The notes beneath the pieces were generated by a model, which was not told the origin of the DNA, did not search any database, and saw only the letters and a list, made by a program, of their open reading frames with translations. 29,301 bases of DNA from a virus (lineage: Duplodnaviria > Caudoviricetes), in the IMG/VR virus record IMGVR_UViG_3300012346_000072, positions 1 through 29,301 of that record; one strand, written 5' to 3'. The position numbers and the translations under genes are program-made. Numbering within the stretch: position 1 is the first letter of the stretch; every line of letters begins with the position of its first letter. Below are positions 14,854 through 24,383 of this stretch, one piece after another.

Positions 14854-15885
14854 TTATACCTCCAAAAATTTTAATGCCTGTGCCAATCCTGTAGGGAGAG
14901 TCGAAGGGTTCGTGAAAGCTGTACCTATATTTGTTTCAGAGAAAGGATACACTTTCATGTAAGGAGATGTTGATGATACAACTGCTAAATTATTATCATT
15001 AGGGCTTGTTTGCACATCGTATATTTGACCCATAGCAATAGCAGAAGAACCTATTTGACCATTAAATCCAGAAGGATTAAATGATGTAAAAGCAAGAGTA
15101 CTATTATCATTACCTGTTACAATAACATTTCCTTTGTTATTAAAACACAAAGCTCTTCTAGTGTATGTGTCTGCACTAGGGTTAGCAAACTTAGTACCAA
15201 AACCAGAACTGGACCAAGGATATCCTGTCATATTAATATTTGTTCCACCAGAACCATTGGTAATAACAATAGCTGTCGAACTTGGATTAAACTTAACTTT
15301 CAATCCTTCTCCAGCAGGTAAAGTACTAGGGTTAGCAAACTTAGTACCGAAACCAGAATTAGACCAAGCATACGCAGACACATAAGGTGACTCATTGTGT
15401 GTAATTGCAAGCGCAGTGTTGTCTGGAGCAAATGCTAAATCCTTAACTGCACCGGGAGGTAGTGTAGTGGGATCAGTAAATTTAGAACCAAAACCTACAC
15501 TATTCCATCGGTATACACTAATGAATGGTGAATTATCATGTGAAACAGCAATTGCATTTCCAGTAGGATTAAATTTTACAGCAGTTGTAGTTCCTGTAGG
15601 TAGAATAACAGGGTTAGAATATTTATTACCAAAACCATTTGCACTCCAAGCATAAGCAGTAACAAATGGAGAAGTAGAATGCGTCACTGCAATTGCTGTA
15701 CCATCTGGATGAAAGTCAACACCTGTTCCGTTACCAGCAGGTAAAGTACTAGGGTTAGCAAACTTAGTACCGAAACCAGAATTAGACCAAGGATATGCTG
15801 TAACAAACGGTGATGTACTGTGTGCTACAGCAAGATACTGAGATTTCTTTTTAGCAGTAGAGGCTCTTAGTTTATCAGATAACAT
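14854..15885 (-). CDS. beta-propeller repeat protein, putative receptor-binding/tail protein
   Basis: About seven ~47-aa repeats AVxHxxSPFVxAYxWSxxGFGTKFANPSTLP; located in the tail fibre module. Confidence 0.75.
   Translation of the reverse strand: MLSDKLRASTAKKKSQYLAVAHSTSPFVTAYPWSNSGFGTKFANPSTLPAGNGTGVDFHPDGTAIAVTHSTSPFVTAYAWSANGFGNKYSNPVILPTGTTTAVKFNPTGNAIAVSHDNSPFISVYRWNSVGFGSKFTDPTTLPPGAVKDLAFAPDNTALAITHNESPYVSAYAWSNSGFGTKFANPSTLPAGEGLKVKFNPSSTAIVITNGSGGTNINMTGYPWSSSGFGTKFANPSADTYTRRALCFNNKGNVIVTGNDNSTLAFTSFNPSGFNGQIGSSAIAMGQIYDVQTSPNDNNLAVVSSTSPYMKVYPFSETNIGTAFTNPSTLPTGLAQALKFLEV
15311..15791. repeat. 58-bp perfect direct repeat (15311-15368 and 15734-15791), with a third partial copy at 15175-15223
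   Basis: ccagcaggtaaagtactagggttagcaaacttagtaccgaaaccagaattagaccaag is identical in both copies. Confidence 0.95.
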
Positions 15886-16598
15886 TACGCATCTCCTACT
15901 CTAGCTCCAAACACAGTACTGTTTACTTTCCATAACTGAATTGCGGTTAAACCCGTTGGATTTAAAACAGGTGCTGTACCTTCGTCTGTTTTCCAAACTA
16001 CAGCTAAAGATGTCCAAGTTACACTATAAGATGCGCTAGAACCATCATCAATCATTAGAGTTAAAGATTGACCCGATGACCAAGTACCTGCAGTTGGTGT
16101 AGAACTACCTGTCAATGTCCATGTTTGAATTGAACCGTTAACAGGTGATAAAGCGGGTGCTGTACCAGATACAGCAAAAACTTCTTCAGTAAAACCATCA
16201 TTAAGAATAACTCCAGATAATGTTTTATTAGTTAGAGTTTGTGTTCCAATTAAAGTAACATCACCACTAGAAGCTTGTTGCCAATTTGTGCTATCTGCAC
16301 TAGGATCGGTTGTTCCAGCCCCTGTAGTTTTTCTACGATAAGATAAGTAATTGGAAGGTGACCATACAATAGTACCTTGTGTATAAGTTGTACCACTCAC
16401 CCACTTAGGTGCATTTGCTCCAGCAATAGCAGCAGCAGCAGCAGCTTCAGCGTTGATTACACTTTGTTGTGCTTCTACAGCCAAAGCATTTGCTTCAGTT
16501 CCAAAATTAGGTAAAGCACCTAAAAATGCATCTGCTTGTGTTGCAAAATTAGCAGGATCATTTCTGCTTGGTGGTGTTGGTAATGCTGTAATTGGCAT
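15885..16598 (-). CDS. minor tail / tail fibre-like protein
   Basis: MPITALPTPPSRNDPANF N-terminus, WVSGTTY..G..VW module, QTLTNKTL fibre motif. Confidence 0.7.
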   Translation of the reverse strand: MPITALPTPPSRNDPANFATQADAFLGALPNFGTEANALAVEAQQSVINAEAAAAAAIAGANAPKWVSGTTYTQGTIVWSPSNYLSYRRKTTGAGTTDPSADSTNWQQASSGDVTLIGTQTLTNKTLSGVILNDGFTEEVFAVSGTAPALSPVNGSIQTWTLTGSSTPTAGTWSSGQSLTLMIDDGSSASYSVTWTSLAVVWKTDEGTAPVLNPTGLTAIQLWKVNSTVFGARVGDA

Positions 16599-16608
16599 GT
16601 TATTTCCT

Positions 16609-17499
16609 TTAGGTTAAACCTTCAATTTCAATACTGCATAAACTACTTGTCGGATATGAAATATCAATGTTAAAATCTCTATAGAATCCGTAAACAATAA
16701 GAGGTTCTAATTCAGAAGATTCTGAACCGATCCAAACTGCAGGTACTGCTCTAAGATTAGTTAGCGTTCTCACTACATAGTTTAGAGAACTGTTATTTAA
16801 AAATACCTGTGCTTGCATTCTTTTACTGAAAGCTCTCACAAGGAAAGTTGTGTTTCCAAAAGTATCTGTTTCTTTTATAGAATAATCTCTGATACCTACG
16901 CCTACACCGTATTGAGTTCCACCAAGTTCAGCTATGTTACCTAATACAACATTACCAACAGCAGATGTAGAACCTGTGTTAATAATGTTGATGGTAACAA
17001 CAGCAGTAGAATATGGAGGAATATCTGTAAGAACAATATCTTTTCTAAAGTCATAAGGCTCAAAAAAGTACATGTACCAATCTAAAATTGATGTACCATC
17101 TAAGTTTATTTCTCTACTATAGATACTTGGACCATTTGGACCATCCGTAATATCAATTGTAACACTAGTTCCGTCAATATTCAATAGTGCTAGACTATTT
17201 ATTACAACAGAAGGAGTTATTGTTACAGTTAAAGGAGTAGCCCTCGTTGTTTGAGTATCTACTTTGTTATCAAACATTGCCCACTTATTGGAAGGACCAA
17301 TTTCCAACCATTTGGTGGGACTAATGTCAGGTTGATTACCTACGTTGCTGGAAACAAGACTTTCGTATGTAAAGTTACCATAGATAACTTTATCAGCTAA
17401 AGCGTATGTTGTTCCAGCAGCATAGTTCGAGTATGTCTCAACGGCATTGCTGCTGGTGATCATACCCGATGTTAATGTTATAGGACTAATTACTTTCAT
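16609..17499 (-). CDS. tail tip protein with a carbohydrate-binding-like N-terminal module
   Basis: Directly after the tape measure gene; YAAGTTYALADKV...YES...NQPDISPTKW...NKWAMFD. Confidence 0.7.
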   Translation of the reverse strand: MKVISPITLTSGMITSSNAVETYSNYAAGTTYALADKVIYGNFTYESLVSSNVGNQPDISPTKWLEIGPSNKWAMFDNKVDTQTTRATPLTVTITPSVVINSLALLNIDGTSVTIDITDGPNGPSIYSREINLDGTSILDWYMYFFEPYDFRKDIVLTDIPPYSTAVVTINIINTGSTSAVGNVVLGNIAELGGTQYGVGVGIRDYSIKETDTFGNTTFLVRAFSKRMQAQVFLNNSSLNYVVRTLTNLRAVPAVWIGSESSELEPLIVYGFYRDFNIDISYPTSSLCSIEIEGLT

Positions 17500-17512
17500 G
17501 TATTATACCTTG

Positions 17513-20500
17513 TTAAGCCGCTGATACAACTAGGATTGCGCCATTTTCTTGTGTAGCACGATCTAAGATTCTGGATGTTTTACCTGTGTTGAGAGCAGTT
17601 GCTACTGCTTCACTTCTCAACAATGTTAACTCGGCACGTAAAGCTTGAAGCTCTAATACCGTATTTGAATTTGTTGATTGTGTTACAGCAACACCTTGTC
17701 TAGCAGAATAATCTGAAGCAACATTCAAACTAGCAGTTGGTAGAATTACAGAAGGGCTTACAATGTTATCAGTTTCATTTGCGATAGCAGATTGAAAGTT
17801 TAATAATGCTGTAACCAAAGGAACAATGCTGGTATCTACATTACGAAGAGTATTGTATTGTCCAGTTGCTGTTTCTAGTTCAGTATTCAAATTACCAATT
17901 TGAGTTCTTGCACCAGTTTCTGTACTAATTGCTGAATTCAAAGCAGTTAATGCTTGACTCATTGATAAGATATTAACATCAATACCTCTTAGAATAGAAA
18001 CCTGCTCTTGTGCAGCTTTTAGATTTGCATCAAGAACAATTACACTCTCTTGTGCTAAAATCACAGCTTGTTCTGCAGAGGACAACTGAGGTTCTACTAT
18101 TTTCTGTAAGTCTTCTAATTGATTTGCAAAGAGTAAACTTGCTCTTTTCTGATCAACCATACTAACATAAGCAGTACCATCAATACTTGTCTTAACATCG
18201 GAAATCGCATCAGATAATGCGCCAGCATCAGGTATTCTACCGGACTTAATTGCATCAGCAATCAAACCTTTTGAACTAATAGCACCACCGATTGTTTGAC
18301 CTCTAATCTCAGAGATGGATTTTTTCAATACATCAAAGACATTTTTAATTGCTTGTTCTTCTTTTACTGCAGAATCTAATCTAACTTGAGCTAATTCTCT
18401 TTCAGCAGAAATTGCTTTTTCAACATTGGAAAGAGCAGTATCAGTTGCTGAAAAACTTTTCTCTAGTTCTGCAATTGAACTTTCAATCGAAGATTTCAAA
18501 GATTCAAAAGTACTATCAGTAGTTGTTTTTAGATCAGCATATGATTGAATCTGTGCTTTTAAGCTTTGATTGTAATCATAAGCAGCTATTTCAGCTTGTT
18601 GCATTCCCGCTGTAGCCAAAGCATATGCAGCAGCTTCAGCTTCAGCAGTTCTACCTTGTGCTCTTAGAAGTTCAACTTCAAGTTCTGATTTTTCTTTAGC
18701 AAACTCATTTAGCTTTTGCGTTAATTCAATCTGATCTCTCAGAGTCTGATTATAGTCATAAGCAGCTATTTCAGTTTCTTCTAAACCTTCAATAGCTAAA
18801 GCTCTAAGTGCAGAGTTAGCTTCACTAGTTCTACCTTGAACTTTTAACAGTTCAATATTAAGATTAGTTTGTTCATCAACTAAAGCTTTAACTTTTTCAG
18901 CATAAGCAGCAGCAGCAACTTCAACAGCCTTGAGACTTTCAATTTGAGTTCTAAGAGTCTGATTATAGTCATAAGCAGCTATTTCAGCTTCTGTAAAACC
19001 TTCTGTGGCAATATTACGCAATGCTGTATTTGCTTCAGTAGTTCTACCTTGCAATTGTAATAATTCAACTTCAAGACTGGCTCTTTCTTTTAAAAGACCC
19101 TTCATTGTTTCTGTGAGAATATCAACTGTAGATATAACTTCTTCAGTAACAGGTACTAGTTCAGCAAATGCATATTGTAGATCAAGTAGATTTTTAACTT
19201 GTGTATCATTACCCGCTTCTTTGGCAGCAGTAACCAATGCTCTGAAAGCTTCACGAGTAGTTGGAAGTGCTAAACCTAATTTATCAAATTCAGTAGTTAG
19301 ATCAGTAGTTAAGTTAGCCATTTTTTCTTCAACTGAGAAAAAGTTCTCGTAGAAGAATGTTGTAGCTTTATTAAAACCTTCAATGCCGCCAAATAAGTCA
19401 ACAAAAGATTGTGCCGCATCTATGGATGATAATTCAAGTCTATAAGTTTCAAAACCTAATTTCTCGAACGCAGAATTAATACCACCCATGAATGTTGATA
19501 GTCTAGTAAGCGTTTGAAGATTGGTTTCATTCTCTCTTCTATAACCACTGCTACCGATAACAACAGCAGCCATTGCTTCTTCAACTTTAGCAAATTCTTC
19601 TTGATACTTCTTTACAGCTTCTTCAGGTGATAAATCTTTTAAATTAACTTGAAATGAAGTTGTGAAGTTTTTAATAGCATCAGAACCAAAACCTGCAGTC
19701 TCAGCAAGACCCATTACGGATGTTTTAATCAATCTGAAGGAAGATGCAATAGCACTACGATCTGCTTCATCTAATGATGATGTACGTGTCTTATCACTAC
19801 GGAACCAACCACCCTTTTCGAAAGTATATCGTTCACCTTCAAAACCTGTTTCGCCACCTAGAGTACCACGCACACCAACGTCTGTTAATTTACGACCGAA
19901 TGCCCTATTGACTATACCAGACACAGCACCTGCGACAACACCAAAAACTGGATTAATAGCAGCAGCTATTACTGTGCCAATATCCTGAATAGTGCTCATT
20001 GTATCATTAACTTTGTAACCATTGCTAATGCCTCTATTTATTGCCATACCACCTAAAGCACCAAGAACCGGACCACCATATGTTGCACCAGCATTAAAGG
20101 AAGCGGAGGTTGCTGTACCCATAGAAGACACAGGAGCACCTAAACTAAAACTAGAAGCAATACCTTGTCCAAAAGCACCAGCCTGAGCACCTAAAGTAGC
20201 ACCACCGACCATCATACCTGAAATACCACCAGTAGCGGCACTACCTGCTGCGGAACCAGCAAATGAACCTGCCGCACTACCACCAGCACTACCGATAATA
20301 CTATTGATGAAACTACCAAGTGTAGCATTAATTACAGTATCAATTACTATTTTAATAGGTTTCTTAAGTTCAGCTACAATCAAGTCTCTTAACTTTTTAC
20401 GACCAGATTTACCACCTTCAAATAGACCTGTCATAACAGCATCAGATAAACCATTACTGATGATGTCATATTGCTTTTTCATCTCAATAGCAAAATCATT

Positions 20501-23356
20501 TGCAATTTCAGTGTTGATATTTTTAGTTCTATCAGCAAATCTTTGATATGCTTGCACTCTGAGGTCTTTAATATCTTGACCATTGTTTAAACTTTTTAAC
20601 TTGTCAATATCGGCAAGTTCTTTAGCTAAAATAACTTCAGCTTGTCTTGTTTTAACTGCAAGTTTTCTCTGTGCGTCTGTTTTACCTATTAATGATGCTT
20701 GTAAAGCTAACTCGTTTGATTCTTCTGTCAATGCTTTATTTAAAGCCACTGCTTTATCTTCAGCATCAAACATTGCCTTATCTCTTTCAGCTTGCAACTT
20801 TATGTAATCATCATAAATTTCTTTCTGAATTGCTCTTTGCTTTGTAAGTTCATTAGCAATAAGTTCTTCAGCATGAGCTTGTTCAATAGAGTTAGCAATT
20901 TTGATTCTTTGACTTTCAGGATAATTCTTGAAGTCAGGATCAGAGAAAATATCTAAAGCTAGTTTTTGTGCTTTAGTATAATTTTCTTGTTCCTTGATTG
21001 ATTCATTATTTAAAGAAGAAATTCTAGATAAGTATTTTTCGGATTCTTTCAGTAATCTTAATTGCTCTTTTTCTGCGTCAGTTTTTGGAGCTTTATTTTT
21101 CTCTCTGTAATTAGCAATTAATTTTTCAATTTCAGCTTCAGATTTCTTAGCTTCAAGACCAACTCTGCGAATATTAGCAATATCTAACTCAGCTTTCTTT
21201 TCTTTATCCAAGTTAGTAACTGATAATTTTTGCCATTCACCAAGAGCTTTGGCTGCACGTATATTGTCATTATCAGCAGTAGATTGAGCATCTGCTACTC
21301 TTTGACTTAATTGAAGTTGTTCTTTTAAAGCAGTAAGCGTAGCATCGTTTTTAGCTTTAGTGTCAGGTGAAGCTTGAGTACCTAATTTAATTGTATTTTC
21401 AAGGTCTGCAATTTGTCTTTTGAGTGCTTCAGTAGGTGATGCTTTTCTAAACAAACCTCTGAATACTTCATCAAAAAATTCACCTACATTAGAAGATAAT
21501 GTTTTTATGAAAATAGCAAAATCGCTTAATTCATTTTTTAATCTATCTTTTTGTGTAATTGTAACATCGGCATACGCCTTCATTGCAATCGCTGCAGCTT
21601 CGCTAGTTTTACCTTGTTGCTCTAATTCAGATACAAGTGCAATAATTTCTGGTCTAACTAAACCTGTATTTTTTGCAATTTCAATCAAAGCTTCAACTGG
21701 TTTTTCTTTTAATTTAGCAAACTGTTTTACTACGTCTTCAATTGCTACACCTGCTAATTTTAAATTGTTAGCAGAAGTTACAACCATGTTTATTTCAGAA
21801 GCAACAAAACCACCTTCTTTTGCCATTGCTTGCATTACTTTTAAAGCACTTGCTGTTGTAACACCTACTGAGTTTAAAGCATTTGCATAGGAAATAGCGG
21901 TTGTTGTATTTACACCTAGAGAAGCACCTGTTAAAACAAGCTGAGTTGTTAATGCATCTTGCTCTTTGATTACATCAAAAAGACCTTTAGCAAACATACC
22001 CAAAGCTATAACACCTGTTACTGCTGCAACTTTACCGAATGAAATAACAGATTGTATCATTCTTCCATTGGCAACTTCCATCAGTCTTGCATATCTGAGA
22101 TTAGATATGATACCTTCATCTAATTGCTTTAACGCATCTCTAGCTTCTGATAGTCTTTTAAATGGAGCGACAATACCATCAAAGATAGCTCTACCTGTAC
22201 CAGCAATAGCACCAGTTACCAATTGACCAACTGCAAGACCAATGTCTTTAATGCTGGATACCATTGCCTTACTAGCTTGAACAAGCATTCTACCCATGTC
22301 TGCACCAGCTACACCAGCTAATGCGAATTGATCTCGTAACTGACCACCTTGTTGCAATAGAATAGTCAGAGGTGCTTGACCCGTGGCTAAACCTACCGCA
22401 ATGTCGGTAATCTGTGGACCCAATGCTCTTGAGAGATAATCAACTTGACGATCTCCACTGGCTTTTTGAATACTCAATAATTTTTGTCTATAAGCTTCTA
22501 ATTTAGTAACTTGTTCAGCAGCGGTAACACCTGATGCCTTTAAAGCTTGTTCAAATTTAATGAGCTTATTATTTGTTGCACTTGTTACATTACCACCAGA
22601 TTCAGTTAAACGATTTACTCGTTCTAATTCTTGTGAAATATAATCATTGGCTTTAGCAGTATCATTTTGTGCTTTAATCTGAGCTTTCATACTATTGGTA
22701 CGAGCATCATTAGCTTGATTAATTTTTACACTCTTTTGAATTAACTGCTCATATTCAGCAGAAAGACTATTTAAACTTTTACCTTCGATACCATACAATG
22801 CAACTAATCTTTCTTTTTCACGAGCAAGATCAGTCATTTGTTTTTGAGTAAGACCTAAGTTTCTATTGAACAGAGTTGTGACTTCAGTTGTCGTCTTGTA
22901 TTCGTTTTGTAGCTTTTGCATCAAACCAATACTCTTATCGAATGGATCACCACCGATTAAAGTACGCTGAGTAACAAGAGTTTTGTTCAACGCAAGCATT
23001 TCATCATCTAATGCACCTGCAGCTTTAGCAGTAGCCAATATAGATGCCTGACCCTTGGAATTACCTTGGGCCATGTATTCGAGGATAAGATTCTGACGTT
23101 CTAATACGCTTATAGATTTAGCTGTTGTAGTATTGACTTTCCCTTGAGCTTGTTCTAATTTAAGTTGAGCAAGTGCTGCTTTTGCTGCTTTTTCAGCAAC
23201 TGAAGCTTGAGCTAATGCCAGTTTTTCAGTTTTCATTGCAGCATCAGTAACAGGTTTATTAACCTTTGAAACCGATGCAGCTAATGCATCTATTTTCTTT
23301 GCTGCTTCATCTAGTTGTTTCGTATCAACTACGAACTTTAATTCTGCTAAATCCAT
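17513..23356 (-). CDS. tail length tape measure protein (1947 aa)
   Basis: Lambda-type motif QITDIAVGLATGQAPLTILLQQGGQLRD; long Ala-rich helical sequence; follows the tail chaperones. Confidence 0.95.
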   Translation of the reverse strand: MDLAELKFVVDTKQLDEAAKKIDALAASVSKVNKPVTDAAMKTEKLALAQASVAEKAAKAALAQLKLEQAQGKVNTTTAKSISVLERQNLILEYMAQGNSKGQASILATAKAAGALDDEMLALNKTLVTQRTLIGGDPFDKSIGLMQKLQNEYKTTTEVTTLFNRNLGLTQKQMTDLAREKERLVALYGIEGKSLNSLSAEYEQLIQKSVKINQANDARTNSMKAQIKAQNDTAKANDYISQELERVNRLTESGGNVTSATNNKLIKFEQALKASGVTAAEQVTKLEAYRQKLLSIQKASGDRQVDYLSRALGPQITDIAVGLATGQAPLTILLQQGGQLRDQFALAGVAGADMGRMLVQASKAMVSSIKDIGLAVGQLVTGAIAGTGRAIFDGIVAPFKRLSEARDALKQLDEGIISNLRYARLMEVANGRMIQSVISFGKVAAVTGVIALGMFAKGLFDVIKEQDALTTQLVLTGASLGVNTTTAISYANALNSVGVTTASALKVMQAMAKEGGFVASEINMVVTSANNLKLAGVAIEDVVKQFAKLKEKPVEALIEIAKNTGLVRPEIIALVSELEQQGKTSEAAAIAMKAYADVTITQKDRLKNELSDFAIFIKTLSSNVGEFFDEVFRGLFRKASPTEALKRQIADLENTIKLGTQASPDTKAKNDATLTALKEQLQLSQRVADAQSTADNDNIRAAKALGEWQKLSVTNLDKEKKAELDIANIRRVGLEAKKSEAEIEKLIANYREKNKAPKTDAEKEQLRLLKESEKYLSRISSLNNESIKEQENYTKAQKLALDIFSDPDFKNYPESQRIKIANSIEQAHAEELIANELTKQRAIQKEIYDDYIKLQAERDKAMFDAEDKAVALNKALTEESNELALQASLIGKTDAQRKLAVKTRQAEVILAKELADIDKLKSLNNGQDIKDLRVQAYQRFADRTKNINTEIANDFAIEMKKQYDIISNGLSDAVMTGLFEGGKSGRKKLRDLIVAELKKPIKIVIDTVINATLGSFINSIIGSAGGSAAGSFAGSAAGSAATGGISGMMVGGATLGAQAGAFGQGIASSFSLGAPVSSMGTATSASFNAGATYGGPVLGALGGMAINRGISNGYKVNDTMSTIQDIGTVIAAAINPVFGVVAGAVSGIVNRAFGRKLTDVGVRGTLGGETGFEGERYTFEKGGWFRSDKTRTSSLDEADRSAIASSFRLIKTSVMGLAETAGFGSDAIKNFTTSFQVNLKDLSPEEAVKKYQEEFAKVEEAMAAVVIGSSGYRRENETNLQTLTRLSTFMGGINSAFEKLGFETYRLELSSIDAAQSFVDLFGGIEGFNKATTFFYENFFSVEEKMANLTTDLTTEFDKLGLALPTTREAFRALVTAAKEAGNDTQVKNLLDLQYAFAELVPVTEEVISTVDILTETMKGLLKERASLEVELLQLQGRTTEANTALRNIATEGFTEAEIAAYDYNQTLRTQIESLKAVEVAAAAYAEKVKALVDEQTNLNIELLKVQGRTSEANSALRALAIEGLEETEIAAYDYNQTLRDQIELTQKLNEFAKEKSELEVELLRAQGRTAEAEAAAYALATAGMQQAEIAAYDYNQSLKAQIQSYADLKTTTDSTFESLKSSIESSIAELEKSFSATDTALSNVEKAISAERELAQVRLDSAVKEEQAIKNVFDVLKKSISEIRGQTIGGAISSKGLIADAIKSGRIPDAGALSDAISDVKTSIDGTAYVSMVDQKRASLLFANQLEDLQKIVEPQLSSAEQAVILAQESVIVLDANLKAAQEQVSILRGIDVNILSMSQALTALNSAISTETGARTQIGNLNTELETATGQYNTLRNVDTSIVPLVTALLNFQSAIANETDNIVSPSVILPTASLNVASDYSARQGVAVTQSTNSNTVLELQALRAELTLLRSEAVATALNTGKTSRILDRATQENGAILVVSAA

Positions 23357-23444
23357 AGCACTTTCTCCTGTTGTGGATATAATTTCTATGTGTATAAACT
23401 ACACTAATTAACACACATAGAAGCCCTCGTTAGAAGGCTACTAT

Positions 23445-23837
23445 TTATTTCTTTGTACTTTTCTTGCGTTCTGCTTCTGCTTCTTTTGCATAAGCTTGCA
23501 ATGCTTCATTATCAAATGATTTAATAAGATTAACTTCCCATTCATCTGGTTGTATATCCATTAAATCAAAGTAAGCTCTAATTTCTGTATAAGGTATAGG
23601 ATTAACACCGAAACCATTAGAGCCTCTTGTATTATGTAAATCAATAAACCATTTCCATACGTAGTTACAACTTTCAGGTAGCTCGATAATATCTTCAAGC
23701 TCTTTTGGTTTTATACCTGTTTGTCTCCATACGGAATTTAGTTGATCTCTTAATGTAGAACCATCTTTAGAACGCTTACCGAAGCCGAACTCTTGTTTAG
23801 CAAAAGCTACGGCTTCTTCAATTTCACTCGGATCGAA
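23445..23837 (-). CDS. tail assembly chaperone, frameshifted extension (gpT-like part of a G-T fusion)
   Basis: 130-codon open frame FDPSEIEEAV...VWKWFIDLHNTRGSNGFGVNPIPYTEIRAY...EWEVNLIKSFD..., with no early start codon, overlapping the end of 23824..24237 in the +1 frame. Confidence 0.85.
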   Translation of the reverse strand, partial: FDPSEIEEAVAFAKQEFGFGKRSKDGSTLRDQLNSVWRQTGIKPKELEDIIELPESCNYVWKWFIDLHNTRGSNGFGVNPIPYTEIRAYFDLMDIQPDEWEVNLIKSFDNEALQAYAKEAEAERKKSTKK

Positions 23838-24237
23838 AGTTCAGGATTTGACCTGATTCCTCCATTACCGCTTCCTTAATCCAAGGATATTCCTTAAAGA
23901 TTCGTTCTGCATTTTCTTTACTGAAGGTAACAACTTTACCGTTTTCAGTAATGTTCTCCCAACCAATTACTCGTACAACAGCGGATTCAATGCTGAGTTC
24001 TTCAGCTTCTTCCAAAGTCATATCTTCAACATCTTTACCTCTGCGTTTAGCTTGTTGTTCACGTAGCTTAAATTCAGCGTACTTTTTACGAGCAAATGCT
24101 TTTACTGTCTTGGACTGATCACCACGCACTGTGATGAATACTCCAGTTGCTTCTCCAGTACCGGGAAGCTTTAATTCAAACTTGTAGCCTACTTCGGCAA
24201 TCTCTGTATAATTATGTTTTGCTAGATCAAACGCCAT
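23824..24237 (-). CDS. tail assembly chaperone (gpG-like)
   Basis: Between tail tube and tape measure genes; VIGWENI...FSKENA...YPWIKE...NF. Confidence 0.85.
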   Translation of the reverse strand: MAFDLAKHNYTEIAEVGYKFELKLPGTGEATGVFITVRGDQSKTVKAFARKKYAEFKLREQQAKRRGKDVEDMTLEEAEELSIESAVVRVIGWENITENGKVVTFSKENAERIFKEYPWIKEAVMEESGQILNFRSE

Positions 24238-24272
24238 AATATTTCCTTTCTATTAGTGTTAATGAAGTATTG

Positions 24273-24301
24273 ATTATAGCATATTTTTTAGGATAAATCA
24301 A
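24273..24301 (-). promoter_or_regulatory. sigma70-type promoter upstream of the tail chaperone gene
   Basis: Minus strand TTGATT, 17 nt spacer, TG-n-TATAAT. Confidence 0.8.
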
Positions 24302-24319
24302 GTGGTGTAAAGCAATAAA

Positions 24320-24358
24320 TACAAACAAAGAAACCCCTCGGCTTTTGACCAAGGGGTT
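24320..24358 (-). terminator. intrinsic terminator after the tail tube gene
   Basis: Minus strand AACCCCTTGG-TCAAAAG-CCGAGGGGTT-TCTTTGTTTGT. Confidence 0.85.
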
Positions 24359-24383
24359 ATTTGTCAAGTTACATCAACAGATA

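Noticed and set aside
15175-15791. Diversity-generating retroelement TR/VR pair or CRISPR array
   Set aside because: Repeats are in-frame protein repeats; two copies are identical, with no adenine-specific variation, no regular spacers, and no RT or cas gene in the window
19005-22226. Several + strand ORFs antisense to the tape measure gene (similar ones lie opposite the propeller, endolysin and decoration genes)
   Set aside because: No RBS or recognisable motifs; typical shadow frames of Ala-rich coding sequence
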